The translations under genes and the position numbers were made by a program. The notes under the pieces were generated by a model. The model ran no database searches and had not been told where the DNA came from. It was given only the letters and a program-made list of their open reading frames with translations. From NCBI GenBank assembly GCA_029260495.1, contig JAJDDD010000009.1:434266-498265 (forward strand): a stretch of 64,000 nt of DNA. Reading direction: 5' to 3'. This stretch comes from Phycisphaerales bacterium. GTDB lineage: Bacteria; Planctomycetota; Phycisphaerae; Phycisphaerales; UBA1924. Shown here in pieces: positions 35,389 through 44,960 of this stretch (its first letter is position 1; each line of letters starts with the position of its first letter).

Positions 35389-36714
35389 ATGACATCTGAT
35401 TCATCACAACCCGCTAGCTCCGGTCCTGAGAAGCTGAAGATGCCGGATGAGTCGCACGCAGGCGACTCGAAGGGGGATTCTGCAGGCGGATCGCGCAGCG
35501 GCGCGAGCGTGGACACCGTTCTGGGCCGGCTCGTCGTTGAGCAGGGGCTCGCGACTCACAATGAGGTTGACGATTGCCTGAAGAGCAAAACACCTGAAGA
35601 TTCTCTCGCTTCGTTGCTCGTGAAGGGTTCCTTTGTGACGCCTTCACAACTCGAACGGCTGAAGCGCGTCGTCGAGGCCGAGCGATCAGGCCAGCAGATT
35701 CCGGGGTTCCGCATTCTCGGAAAGCTCGGCGCCGGGGCGATGGCCACAGTGTTCAAAGGCAAACAACTGAGCTTGGATCGAACCGTCGCGATCAAGGTGC
35801 TGCCACGAAAGTTCTCAAGCAATGCTGAATTTATTGAACGGTTCTACGCCGAGGGCCGCGCCGCGGCCCAGCTCAACCATCCCAACATCGTGCAGGCGTA
35901 TGACGTCGGCAAGGCGGGCGAGTTTCACTATTTCGTGATGGAATTTGTAGAAGGCTCGACCGTCTATGAGCAGATTGTGCGCGCCAAACGGTACTCCGAA
36001 GCTGATGCAATCAACATCGCGATTCAGATGGCAGAAGCCCTCGAACACGCGCACAGCAAGGGGTTGATTCATCGCGATGTGAAACCCAAGAACATCATGC
36101 TCACCAGGAGCGGGATCGCCAAGCTCGCGGATATGGGTTTGGCGCGCGGGATTTCCGACAAGGAGGCAGCCGAGCAGGAAGCTGGGAAAGCCTACGGAAC
36201 GCCTTATTACATCAGCCCCGAGCAAATTCGGGGTGAGCGCGTATTGACACCCGCAGCGGACATTTATTCGCTGGGCGCGACGCTGTATCACATGGTGACG
36301 GGGAATGTGCCTTTCGATGGAAAGAATCCGTCGGATGTGATGCACAAGCATCTGAAGACGGCTTTGATCCCGCCGGATCATGTAAATCCGAAACTTTCAG
36401 CCGGCATCAGCCAAATCATCGAGATGATGATGGCCAAGGATCCGCGCGAGCGATATACGAGCTGCGCAGATGTGCTGACGGATCTTCGTTCGGTTCGTGC
36501 AGGTGATCGCCCAATTTTTGCGCGCAGCGAAGTGGTGGCAGCGGATCTTTCTACGCTAGCTGCTGAAGCGGAGAGCGCCTCGATCACCGAGATTCCGATC
36601 GATCGCTTTCGCACTCCGTCGCCGTGGAGTCACCCCTTGGCGCAGGTGTTCGTGTATTTGCTGATCGTGAGTGTGATCGCCAACGCAGTGTTGTTGATTC
36701 TGTACTTGTCCTAG
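35389..36714 (+). CDS. Hanks-type serine/threonine protein kinase with a C-terminal TM anchor
   Basis: GAGAMATVFKG...AIKVL, HRDVKPKNIML, DMGLAR and APE-like GTPYYISPEQ motifs. Start uncertain: in-frame Mets at 35251, 35278, 35389 and 35440. Confidence 0.8.
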   Translation: MTSDSSQPASSGPEKLKMPDESHAGDSKGDSAGGSRSGASVDTVLGRLVVEQGLATHNEVDDCLKSKTPEDSLASLLVKGSFVTPSQLERLKRVVEAERSGQQIPGFRILGKLGAGAMATVFKGKQLSLDRTVAIKVLPRKFSSNAEFIERFYAEGRAAAQLNHPNIVQAYDVGKAGEFHYFVMEFVEGSTVYEQIVRAKRYSEADAINIAIQMAEALEHAHSKGLIHRDVKPKNIMLTRSGIAKLADMGLARGISDKEAAEQEAGKAYGTPYYISPEQIRGERVLTPAADIYSLGATLYHMVTGNVPFDGKNPSDVMHKHLKTALIPPDHVNPKLSAGISQIIEMMMAKDPRERYTSCADVLTDLRSVRAGDRPIFARSEVVAADLSTLAAEAESASITEIPIDRFRTPSPWSHPLAQVFVYLLIVSVIANAVLLILYLS

Positions 36715-36739
36715 CTGGAGAAGAGCGGGATCAATCCGG

Positions 36740-37201
36740 CTACTCCACCTCAAAGATGAACTCAATTTCAACCGGCGCCCCAAGCGGCAGGGCGACCGAT
36801 CCGACTGCGGCCCTCGCATGCCGGCCTGCTTCGTCAAATATCTCAAAGAGCAGATCGCTCGCACCATTCGCGACCTTCGGTTGATCGGTGAAGCCGGCCT
36901 CACAGGAGACGAAGCAGCCCAGCCGAACGACCCTGCGGACCCGGTCGATCGACCCAATCTCCGCTGTTAGGGCAGCGAGAGCATTGAGCAGGCATTGGCG
37001 GGCACACCGCTGAGCGTCCTCCAGAGGGACATCTCCGGGGACATTGCCGGTCGCAAGGAGCTTCCCCTCAGACATGGGCAGCTGCCCGGAGACAAAGACC
37101 AGCGAGCCCGTGCGGACCGTGGGGAGGTAGGAAGCGACGGGTTTGGCCGGCTCCGGGAGCGAAAGTCCCAGCTCGGCGAGGCGGGCGGACGGTGTGGACA
37201 T
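36740..37201 (-). CDS. RidA/YjgF/Endoribonuclease L-PSP family protein
   Basis: About 154 aa. PVASYLPTVRTGSLVFVSGQLP...GCFVSCEAGFTDQPKVANGASDLLFEIFDEAGRHARAAVGSVALPLGAPVEIE is typical RidA. GAAGGG RBS. Confidence 0.75.
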   Translation of the reverse strand: MSTPSARLAELGLSLPEPAKPVASYLPTVRTGSLVFVSGQLPMSEGKLLATGNVPGDVPLEDAQRCARQCLLNALAALTAEIGSIDRVRRVVRLGCFVSCEAGFTDQPKVANGASDLLFEIFDEAGRHARAAVGSVALPLGAPVEIEFIFEVE

Positions 37202-37271
37202 CAGTTTCCCTTCTTCTCTAGCGTTCGCAGCTTCACAAATGCAGCAAACAGTTTCCGGGAACCGCAACGCC

Positions 37272-37299
37272 TTGACAAGCGAACGGACAAGCGTAGAAT
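37272..37299 (+). promoter_or_regulatory. Near-consensus sigma-70-type promoter: TTGACA, 16 nt spacer, TAGAAT
   Basis: Read directly. It lies ~370 nt upstream of the DUF1559 gene. A T6 run at ~37489 follows a weak stem. Confidence 0.4.
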
Positions 37300-37667
37300 T
37301 TGTATATCGGGGCTCCGGCTCCGTGTGGTGAGTTGCGGACAGTAGTGCATACACCTTCATCGGTGTAATCCTGCCCTTATTCGGACCCGCAGTTGGTTTC
37401 AGCTGCTAGATCATTTGATCCATACGCGGTCCGCAAGCCTCACTGACAACTTGAAGCTGCACAGCGTGGCGCCCTTGGTTGCTCTTCGATCTTTTTTCGC
37501 GGAGTAGCTTTCGGATGCCCGTGACGCGGTGCAGCAGGGAAAACCATGCGTGGCGCGCATGCTTTGGCATGGTGCGCAAACGCAACTGTTGTCGGATACA
37601 GGTACAGTTAAACAACAGCTGAGCTTTCTATCAGGGCGCACACGGGTGTTCGGGAAAGAGCAGCGAC

Positions 37668-38759
37668 ATGACAATGGAGATGCAACGTATGCATACGAAC
37701 AAGAAGCGTGGTTTCACGCTCATCGAACTGCTGGTGGTGATTTCGATCATCGCGCTGCTCATCGGCATTCTGCTTCCGGCCCTGGGTCGGGCGAGAAAGA
37801 ATGCGCAGGCTCTGAAGGACAGCGCGCAGATCCGCCAGATCCATACGGGTCTGTCAGTGTGGTCGACCAACAACAAGGATCGGTACCCAATGCCCTCAAC
37901 TGTCGACCGTCAGGGGTTTACAGAGGGTGTGGAGATCACGGATCCCAACACACCAGATCCGAACGCCTGGGAGAAGAATCGGACGTCGGCGATGTTCGCG
38001 ATTTTGATTACCAACGGCAACATCGTTCCGGAGATCTGCGTAGCTCCGCAGGAGCCGAACGGCCAAATTACCCCCGATGATGATTACAGAATCAACTTCG
38101 GCAGCACTGTCACAGCTCCGCCAAATGTGCCGGCCCGCGCACTGTGGGATCCGTTCTTCAAGTCAGTTCCTGGGCTGCCCAACAGCCCATTGGCCGGTAG
38201 CCAGAACTATGTCATCGGTCAGCTGGACTCCCTCGCCAACTCGAGCTACGCACACACGGCGCTGTGGCCCGTTTCTGGTCGAGGCGGCCACTGGAACTCG
38301 AATTTCAACTCTAACTTCGCCATTCTGGCTGACCGTGGGCCGCTCTACGCAGCTGATGGCGGCGGATCGGGTGATAACTTCCTCGAATCTCCAGACACAG
38401 GAACCTGGGATCTGGCAGACGGCATTCAGGGCACTTCCTCAGATACGCTCCGCTTTGCGGGCAGCGCTCGCGAATGGGGCGGGAACGTTGGCTACAACGA
38501 TGGTCATGTCACCCTCGAACAGACTGCAGATCCGACGAACCTCACGTTTATTGACGAAGCCGAAGATGAAACCAAACGTGACAACATCTTTGTCGACGAA
38601 ACCAACCAGTTTGATTCCGGGCTTCCGAGCCAGCGGTCAAATCATATTCTTCGTGTATGGTCCTCAGGCATCGATACCTCCGCGGACATCACGGAGTCCG
38701 CTTTTGAAGATGACATGTATTGGGACGGCAAGAGCGGCGTCAGCGGTCCCGGCGGTTAA
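37668..38759 (+). CDS. DUF1559-type protein with an N-terminal prepilin-like cleavage/methylation domain (type II/IV pilin-like signal)
   Basis: KRGFTLIELLVVISIIALLIGILLPALGRARKNA is the class-III signal. C-terminal GGNVGYNDGHV resembles the family C-terminal box. Confidence 0.75.
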   Translation: MTMEMQRMHTNKKRGFTLIELLVVISIIALLIGILLPALGRARKNAQALKDSAQIRQIHTGLSVWSTNNKDRYPMPSTVDRQGFTEGVEITDPNTPDPNAWEKNRTSAMFAILITNGNIVPEICVAPQEPNGQITPDDDYRINFGSTVTAPPNVPARALWDPFFKSVPGLPNSPLAGSQNYVIGQLDSLANSSYAHTALWPVSGRGGHWNSNFNSNFAILADRGPLYAADGGGSGDNFLESPDTGTWDLADGIQGTSSDTLRFAGSAREWGGNVGYNDGHVTLEQTADPTNLTFIDEAEDETKRDNIFVDETNQFDSGLPSQRSNHILRVWSSGIDTSADITESAFEDDMYWDGKSGVSGPGG

Positions 38760-38789
38760 TTTTGATTTCACATTGACTGCATAAATAAT

Positions 38790-38823
38790 AAAGAGCCGGG
38801 CGTTCGCGTCCGGCTCTTTTTTT
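38790..38823. terminator. Bidirectional rho-independent terminator between convergent genes
   Basis: A-rich tract, AGAGCCGG-gcgttcgcgt-CCGGCTCT stem, T7 run. Confidence 0.6.
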
Positions 38824-39559
38824 ACCGCTGCATGCTGAGGGAAATAAAGCGGCGCAGCAGGCAGTTGGCGTCCGGTGTCGGTCGAAGCCGCTCATCGTTC
38901 TCTGTGAGTTTGGGCTCATCCGCGAGGTACTGAGCGCTGTACACCTCAAGACGCTCCGCCAGGCGCTGCTCGGTCATCTCGATGTGAAACTGAGTTCCGT
39001 AAATCGGCTTCCCCTCGAACCGAAACACCTGATTGCCGCAAACGTCAGACTCACACAACTCGATCGCGCCAGCGGGGAGATCGATCACGCGATCGTGATG
39101 GCCCATGTGCGCATGGAACTGGAGCGGGGCCTCAGCGAACAGTTCATCACGACGCCCAGCCTTCGTCTGGCAGACGAGCCTGGTGCCGACTTCCGAATGT
39201 GCATGGTCTGTCTCGACACGTCCCCCCATCACCTTGGCGATGAACTGGTGCCCCCAGCACAAACCGATGAGCGGGCGAGACTCTGCAACCAGCCCGCGCA
39301 CAACTTCAGCGAGCGAATCGGTGAAGTCATACTGGTTCGTCACGGAATGCACGCCGGCGCCGCCAATCAGAACGACGTCGCCTGAAACATCCCCCAGTGT
39401 GATGTTGGGACTCGAGACAACATTCCAGGCAGCGATTTGCTCCATCGAGACGCCCACCTGCTCCGCGACGCACTGCTGTTCATGCAGAGCGACATCCTCG
39501 CGCTCACGAATCTGAATAAGAAATAGCCGCGGATTGAAAGGGGGGTTGGGCAAGCTCAC
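38822..39559 (-). CDS. Class I glutamine amidotransferase-like protein
   Basis: GLCWGHQFIA nucleophile elbow with Cys, and a downstream His (FHIEMTEQ) region. Confidence 0.7.
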   Translation of the reverse strand: MSLPNPPFNPRLFLIQIREREDVALHEQQCVAEQVGVSMEQIAAWNVVSSPNITLGDVSGDVVLIGGAGVHSVTNQYDFTDSLAEVVRGLVAESRPLIGLCWGHQFIAKVMGGRVETDHAHSEVGTRLVCQTKAGRRDELFAEAPLQFHAHMGHHDRVIDLPAGAIELCESDVCGNQVFRFEGKPIYGTQFHIEMTEQRLAERLEVYSAQYLADEPKLTENDERLRPTPDANCLLRRFISLSMQR

Positions 39560-39598
39560 TCCGGATTGAATTTAAGGGGTCAAACAGCAGGAGACCGT

Positions 39599-40417
39599 TT
39601 AGAAACGCACCGTCACTCCGCTGAACAGATTAACGTCATCCGCGTCACCAGTCAGCCCAATGTTGACGCCAGCATCGAGAATCATGTTGTCGGTCAGTTG
39701 GTAGGTGACGCCAACACCGAGAATGCCACGATAATCTACATCCGAATCGGTGCTCGCAATCCCGATGCCTTCAATATACGCGCCGAGATCCTCAGTGATG
39801 TCAAATCCAACAGCGCCCGTCGTGATAAATTCCGTGTCGAAGCTGTCATCCACTTCGTCGTAGACGAAATCAACCTCAAACATCAAGCCGAGCCCGATCC
39901 CCTCCGCAAGATCAGTGGCGAAGGGAAAGATAATTCCCCCTTCGACATGATCGTTGCCAAGATCATCCGACGCGGTGGGCGCCTTGATGAATGGCATGAT
40001 GGCAAAAGCGGCGCCCCCGCCATCGTTGCCCCACAGGTTTATTTTCAGCCGAACCTGTGTATCGCCAACGCCATCATGAGTTTCCGCTCCGTCATCAGCG
40101 TGAATGAACGGATCAAAGACAAGCTGTAAATCAACATTGTTTAGTAGGCCCAGCTTCAGATTCGCCGGCGCTGCGGTGAGGGCTTTCGCATCGCCGTTCT
40201 TCGCATAGTCGATGAAGCTCAGTTCCAACTGGACAGCGCCGGCGTCAACTGTGACTGGGCTCTCGGTAAAATCAGGTCGGTCAGCGCTGATCGGGCGCCA
40301 AAGCTCCCGCGGCGTTGGGTTGAACAATGAGTACTGGCTCTTGTCGGTCGATGCTGGCTCTGCTTGCGCATGCACTGTCAAAATGGCGAGCGGGAGCAGG
40401 ACGCGTGTCCATCTCAT
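39599..40417 (-). CDS. Outer-membrane beta-barrel protein (alternating amphipathic beta strands, C-terminal Phe)
   Basis: Signal peptide MRWTRVLLPLAILTVHAQA. Ends ...GVTVRF. AGGAGA RBS. The longer N-terminus to 40543 was rejected. Confidence 0.55.
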   Translation of the reverse strand: MRWTRVLLPLAILTVHAQAEPASTDKSQYSLFNPTPRELWRPISADRPDFTESPVTVDAGAVQLELSFIDYAKNGDAKALTAAPANLKLGLLNNVDLQLVFDPFIHADDGAETHDGVGDTQVRLKINLWGNDGGGAAFAIMPFIKAPTASDDLGNDHVEGGIIFPFATDLAEGIGLGLMFEVDFVYDEVDDSFDTEFITTGAVGFDITEDLGAYIEGIGIASTDSDVDYRGILGVGVTYQLTDNMILDAGVNIGLTGDADDVNLFSGVTVRF

Positions 40418-40443
40418 GATAATTCTCCTGGTGAAAGTTGCAG

Positions 40444-40496
40444 GGTCGGCAGATATGTAGCCTGTGCTACAGATGGCGAGCAATATGTAGCACTCG
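40444..40496. promoter_or_regulatory. Two tandem 22-bp imperfect palindromes ATATGTAGC-N4-GCTACAGAT/ATTT, 31 bp centre to centre, 27-79 bp upstream of the OMP start
   Basis: Read directly. The cores TGTAGCctgtGCTACA and TGTAGCactcGCTACA are perfect 6+6 inverted repeats. Confidence 0.45.
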
Positions 40497-40594
40497 CTAC
40501 ATTTGCTGTCAAGGGCACAAATCGCCGCCCCTCTCTGGTTCACTCACGAATGACATTTATTAAAGTGGCCAGGAGAAATCCCAAAACCAAGCGG

Positions 40595-41554
40595 TTATGG
40601 TGTCGCAAGACTCTCGGCAGCCGCACGCCGTTCGCGCTCAATCAGACGCTCATAGAGAGCGATCAGGTGCTCGGAGAACTGCTCGCTTTGTGTCTCCGGC
40701 GCTGTGCGGTCACTCAACATGCGAACGCGCCAGAGGTGATACGCAGCCCCTTCAAGATCATCCAATCGCTCCAAAGCGTCAGCGAGCAGAAGATGCGCCG
40801 AGCAATTGTCACCATCAATCAGCAGGGCTCGCTGCAGAACGCCAGCGGCTTCAGCGGGGGCGTCGCGGGCCAACTCAACTCGACCCAGGCCGATCAGCGA
40901 GGCGATGTCAGCCGCGTCGGCCCGGATCGCGTTGCGATACGAATTCGCTGCCTGCTCGTATTGGCCCAACCGAAAAAGACACTCGCCTAGCAAGGCGTTC
41001 GCCATCGGGTCGGCGGAGTTTCGTTGCAGCGCCTTGCGCAATGAGTGCTCCGCCTCGACGAGCGAATCGTCAGCGAGCAGGTGTGCTCCCATCGCAGCCA
41101 GCGGCTCGGCGGCACGAGGATTCTCCGTCGCTGCCCGCTCGAGCCTTTGCATCGCCTGCTCACGATCACCTCGTTCCATCTCGATCGCTGCGAGGTTGAT
41201 CGCGGCGCGGAGATTCTCCGGCCTCTGGCGAAGCACCTCGCGATATTCCTGCTCAGCTTCGGCGACAACCCTCGCCCGCTCGTCAGAATGTTTGCGTTGC
41301 GCCTGTGTTTCAAGCGCAATCGCCAGATTGAAACGAGCGCGATAGTCATCGGGCGATTCATCCAGCGCCAAGCGATACTCACGGATCGCTTGTTCAACGT
41401 CGCCATTGGAATAGAGATAAACGCCTTTGTTGAAATGCGTGCGAATTGGCGTAATGCCGCCCCCACCGCAGCCGGGCAGAGCGAGGGCCGTCACCGCGAC
41501 ACAGAGGCATAGGCGGACGTTCGAAAGTCGATTATCCGCCATCATCATTCTCAT
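40595..41554 (-). CDS. TPR-repeat lipoprotein
   Basis: MRMMMADNRLSNVRLCLCVAVTALALPGCGGG lipobox. Multiple TPR-like helices (EQAIREYRLALDESPDDYRARFNLAIALE...). Confidence 0.6.
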   Translation of the reverse strand: MRMMMADNRLSNVRLCLCVAVTALALPGCGGGGITPIRTHFNKGVYLYSNGDVEQAIREYRLALDESPDDYRARFNLAIALETQAQRKHSDERARVVAEAEQEYREVLRQRPENLRAAINLAAIEMERGDREQAMQRLERAATENPRAAEPLAAMGAHLLADDSLVEAEHSLRKALQRNSADPMANALLGECLFRLGQYEQAANSYRNAIRADAADIASLIGLGRVELARDAPAEAAGVLQRALLIDGDNCSAHLLLADALERLDDLEGAAYHLWRVRMLSDRTAPETQSEQFSEHLIALYERLIERERRAAAESLATP

Positions 41555-42758
41555 CGCGCTGCATGTAAGGCCGGACTCTGCCCGTCGTTCGGTTGCCGGT
41601 TTCGTCAAGACTGGATTCTTCCAGGATTGATTCACTATCACCGAAAAGAAGGAAGGCTGGGTTGGCGCGGATCTTTCGCATCGCCATCTCCGCCTGCCAC
41701 ATGGTCCGGCGCAGGCGGCGAATTGTCTCTGCGACTTCCGGGCGATTCTCCGCCAGCATCCCACTGCCCAGTTTCAACGCTTCTTGAGCTTCCGCGGTGA
41801 GCTGCGCAAGGTAGCCATCCAGATCCGTCGCGGTGTCATTCAACTGGGCGACGAAAGAGTCAATATTGGCGCGATTGTCTGCGATCAGATCTTCGACCGC
41901 CTGAGTAACTTCCTGCGCGCTGGCGAGCGCCGCAGAACCCTCATCGAAAATGGTCTTGACACGATCTTCGATCTCATTGACGTAGCTCTCGCGGAGTGTC
42001 GTCAACGTTTCATCAGCGTTTTCGAGCACCTTATTCGCTGGATCAACGAGCATCTGATGCATGCCATCAGTGTTTTCCTTATCGAAAAAAGATCGAACAT
42101 CGGCAATCGCCTCATCCAAACCAGAGATGGTGTCCGCGATGCGATCCAGATTCCGAGAAGTAAGCAACCTGTGATCGACCTTCGCCATCATGCTATTCAG
42201 TTTGCGAATGACCGGCTGGAGTTGTGTAAAGAGCTCAACCATGCCGGCGCTGTCGAGCGCCCGAATGGCAATAGGCTGATCCGTCGGCTCAATGGGCGAT
42301 CCTTCCTCCCAGTAGCCAGCGTCCAGCGAAATATAGTTGTCGCCGAAGAAACCATCCTGCGCGATGCGCACCGTCGCAGTGGATGCGTCAATGCGCAGCT
42401 CGCTGTGGCGAATATGAAACTCCACACGGACGACCTGCCTGGTCATTCCCGCAGCGATTGTCGAATAGGCGACGTCGCCAAATGTTTCGATCAGGCGTTG
42501 GGCGTCATTCTCACTCAATGGCGCCTGCGAGATTTCAAGCCGAGTCACCTCACCGACTTCTAGTCCCGCGACCGAAACACCGGCGCCCTGAGAGAGCCCC
42601 TTGACATCGCTGAACTCCGCTGCATACAGAACGGGCTTTGGGCCGTACAGCTTGGTGAGGTCGAACTCAGTGACGCGAAAGGAAAACAACGCGAACACAA
42701 CGATCGCCGCCGTCACGAATACACCGGATACGATTTCACTTTTGGTGTACGCCGCCAT
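41532..42758 (-). CDS. mlaD: MlaD/MCE-domain protein (ABC lipid-transport periplasmic component) with a long helical C-terminal extension
   Basis: N-terminal TM then an MCE domain (VKGLSQGAGVSVAGLEVGEVTRLEI). Genomic context with MlaE and MlaF. Confidence 0.7.
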   Translation of the reverse strand: MAAYTKSEIVSGVFVTAAIVVFALFSFRVTEFDLTKLYGPKPVLYAAEFSDVKGLSQGAGVSVAGLEVGEVTRLEISQAPLSENDAQRLIETFGDVAYSTIAAGMTRQVVRVEFHIRHSELRIDASTATVRIAQDGFFGDNYISLDAGYWEEGSPIEPTDQPIAIRALDSAGMVELFTQLQPVIRKLNSMMAKVDHRLLTSRNLDRIADTISGLDEAIADVRSFFDKENTDGMHQMLVDPANKVLENADETLTTLRESYVNEIEDRVKTIFDEGSAALASAQEVTQAVEDLIADNRANIDSFVAQLNDTATDLDGYLAQLTAEAQEALKLGSGMLAENRPEVAETIRRLRRTMWQAEMAMRKIRANPAFLLFGDSESILEESSLDETGNRTTGRVRPYMQRDENDDGG

Positions 42759-42778
42759 AAGCCTGCCGTGGCTCCTTC

Positions 42779-43582
42779 CTACATCAGAAGGTCATCAAGA
42801 TACTGATTTTCCGTGAGCACGCCGGCGTTGGGCCCAGCGACCTCACCCGTGAGAAACTGTCGTACGCGTGGGTCGGAACTGTTTTCAAGATCGTCGAGGT
42901 CGCCATCAAGAATCACCAACCCCTTGTCAAGCATGATGATATGGTCCGCGATTCTTCGCACGCTCTCAAGCACATGGGTGACGACGACGCTGGTCATCCC
43001 CATGCTGTCGCGCAAGCGGTTGATGAGCTGATCAATCCGCGTCGTGGCGATCGGGTCGAGCCCCGCCGATGGCTCATCATAGAAAAGCACTTTGGGATCC
43101 AGCGCCAACGCCCGTGCGACGCCGGCGCGTTTCAGCATACCGCCCGAGATTTCGCTGGGCCGCCGATCCGCAGCATGAAGAAGATCCACCTGGTGCAGCT
43201 TGATCTTCACCATTGTCTCAATGGTTTCCGAATCAAGTTGGGTGTGATATTCAAGAGGCAAGGCGATATTCTGGGCGATGGTCATAGAGTTCAGCAGTGC
43301 GCCGCTCTGGAACATGACGCCGAAGCTGCGTCGAGCTTCGTCAAGCGCTCGTCCTCGCAGGCAGCAGATGTCCTTCCCGCCAATCGCAACAGCGCCCGAC
43401 GTGGGTTTGTGAACGCCGATCATCACCTTGAGAAGAGTGGTTTTCCCCCCGCCCGAGCCGCCGAGAATGCAGACAGTCTCACCTCGCTTGACAGTGAATG
43501 AGACGCCATGCAGTACATCAGCCGCGCCGAAGCTCTTGTGGACATCATCCACGACGATCATGTGTTGGGCAGTGTCATTCAC
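42779..43582 (-). CDS. mlaF: ABC transporter ATP-binding protein, MlaF-like
   Basis: Walker A GGSGGGKTT, signature LSGGMLKRAGVARAL, Walker B VLFYDEPSAGLD. Confidence 0.85.
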   Translation of the reverse strand: MNDTAQHMIVVDDVHKSFGAADVLHGVSFTVKRGETVCILGGSGGGKTTLLKVMIGVHKPTSGAVAIGGKDICCLRGRALDEARRSFGVMFQSGALLNSMTIAQNIALPLEYHTQLDSETIETMVKIKLHQVDLLHAADRRPSEISGGMLKRAGVARALALDPKVLFYDEPSAGLDPIATTRIDQLINRLRDSMGMTSVVVTHVLESVRRIADHIIMLDKGLVILDGDLDDLENSSDPRVRQFLTGEVAGPNAGVLTENQYLDDLLM

Positions 43583-44436
43583 AGGAAGTAGTTAATCAAC
43601 AACGCGGTGAGCAAAGCATCCGCAAGCACGACGACAACCAGACACGTCACGACCGAAACCATAATATTCCTGCCCAGCCCCGTCGGACCGCCTTTGGAGG
43701 TGAGGCCGAAATAGCAGCTAATCAGACTGACCAACAGCGAAAAAACAACCGCCTTCAGTATGCCGCTCAAAACATCGGACATCGAGAGAAAATCAAAGCT
43801 CTGGCGGATGTAAAACGCCGTTGAGATATCGTACAGCGCCCAAGCGGAAATCCACCCGCCCGCCATCCCGACGATATACGCGAAGAGCACCAGGCAGGGA
43901 GCCATCACAATCATCGCGAGGATGCGCGGCGCCACGAGATAACCGATCGGGTTGATCGCCATCGTCTCCAGCGCCGTGATCTCATCATTAATGTTCATCG
44001 AGCCAAGCACCGCTGTAAACGAAGCGCCAACACGAGCGATCAGCACAATCGCCGTCATCAGCGGGCCGAGCTCCCGCGTCATCGAGAGCGCCACCATGCC
44101 AGGCGCCTGATCAATCTGTCCATACTGTTGCAGAACATCGCCGGTCTGCAGGATCAAGATGGAGCCCATGAGTATTGCAACCAACGAAACAATGGGCAGC
44201 GACCGCACGCCCACATTGGTCATCAGCGGGAAAAGCTGGGCCCGCAGCCGGCTCTCGCCGCGCATCGGGCCGATGGTTGAGAAATAGACCGCTTGCATAA
44301 ACAGATGCCACATGCCCCCTGTCACGCCAAAGCATCGCTCCGCCCATGGGACGACGCCAAGCGAGATGCGCCCGATTTCGCCAAAAAAAGCGCCCGGCGA
44401 TCGTAGGACAGCGTTAACAGCCCCCATCGCTTGCAC
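43579..44436 (-). CDS. mlaE: ABC transporter permease, MlaE family
   Basis: Polytopic with MlaE-like helices. ATGA overlap with mlaF. Confidence 0.8.
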   Translation of the reverse strand: MQAMGAVNAVLRSPGAFFGEIGRISLGVVPWAERCFGVTGGMWHLFMQAVYFSTIGPMRGESRLRAQLFPLMTNVGVRSLPIVSLVAILMGSILILQTGDVLQQYGQIDQAPGMVALSMTRELGPLMTAIVLIARVGASFTAVLGSMNINDEITALETMAINPIGYLVAPRILAMIVMAPCLVLFAYIVGMAGGWISAWALYDISTAFYIRQSFDFLSMSDVLSGILKAVVFSLLVSLISCYFGLTSKGGPTGLGRNIMVSVVTCLVVVVLADALLTALLINYFL

Positions 44437-44737
44437 CGCTGTGTTCTATAGAAAAAACCCGATCCAGTCGGGCAAGCTCCATCACCGCCATCACCCTCGG
44501 GCTGGGATCTCGCAAAATAAACTCAACACCACGCTTGCGCGCGAGCTTGAGTCCCTGAATAAGCACCGCGATCCCGGAAGAGTCAATGTACGTCACATCC
44601 CCAAGATGGACGATAAATTTCTCGATCCCGATCAATCCTGCGGAAATGTGATTGGCTAACTCCGGGGAAACCTGCAAGTCCACTTCACCGCGCACCAGCA
44701 GCAGCCGGAGCGAGCCTTCGCTGCGCGTCTCAAACAT
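44414..44737 (-). CDS. STAS-domain protein (MlaB-like / anti-sigma-antagonist fold)
   Basis: ISAGLIGIEKFIVHLGDVTYIDSSGIAVLIQGLK is a STAS core. Heads the Mla-like operon. The start may extend to 44806. Confidence 0.6.
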   Translation of the reverse strand: MFETRSEGSLRLLLVRGEVDLQVSPELANHISAGLIGIEKFIVHLGDVTYIDSSGIAVLIQGLKLARKRGVEFILRDPSPRVMAVMELARLDRVFSIEHSGASDGGC

Positions 44738-44960
44738 GCCAGGCTCCTTCGCCGAGCGTGATGTATGAGGAAAACATGTTCTCCATATTCCGGAGGCGCC
44801 TCTCAATATGGACCAAAATCAGTGGGACGCGCGAGTCTGTCATACTATGGTAATGCACAACGCCGCGTTGCGGTGGTGATCGGGGTTCTGGCGCTCTGTT
44901 CATACACGACCATATGCCAAAAAAAACCGCCCAGCGTCTGCCGGACGGTGTGCTCGTCAA

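Noticed and set aside
34362-35516. 384-aa version of the NAD-dependent epimerase
   Set aside because: The Rossmann GxxGxxG motif lies 88 residues in. The ATG at 35285 places it at the N-terminus, as in all SDR epimerases. The extension would also overlap the divergent kinase gene.
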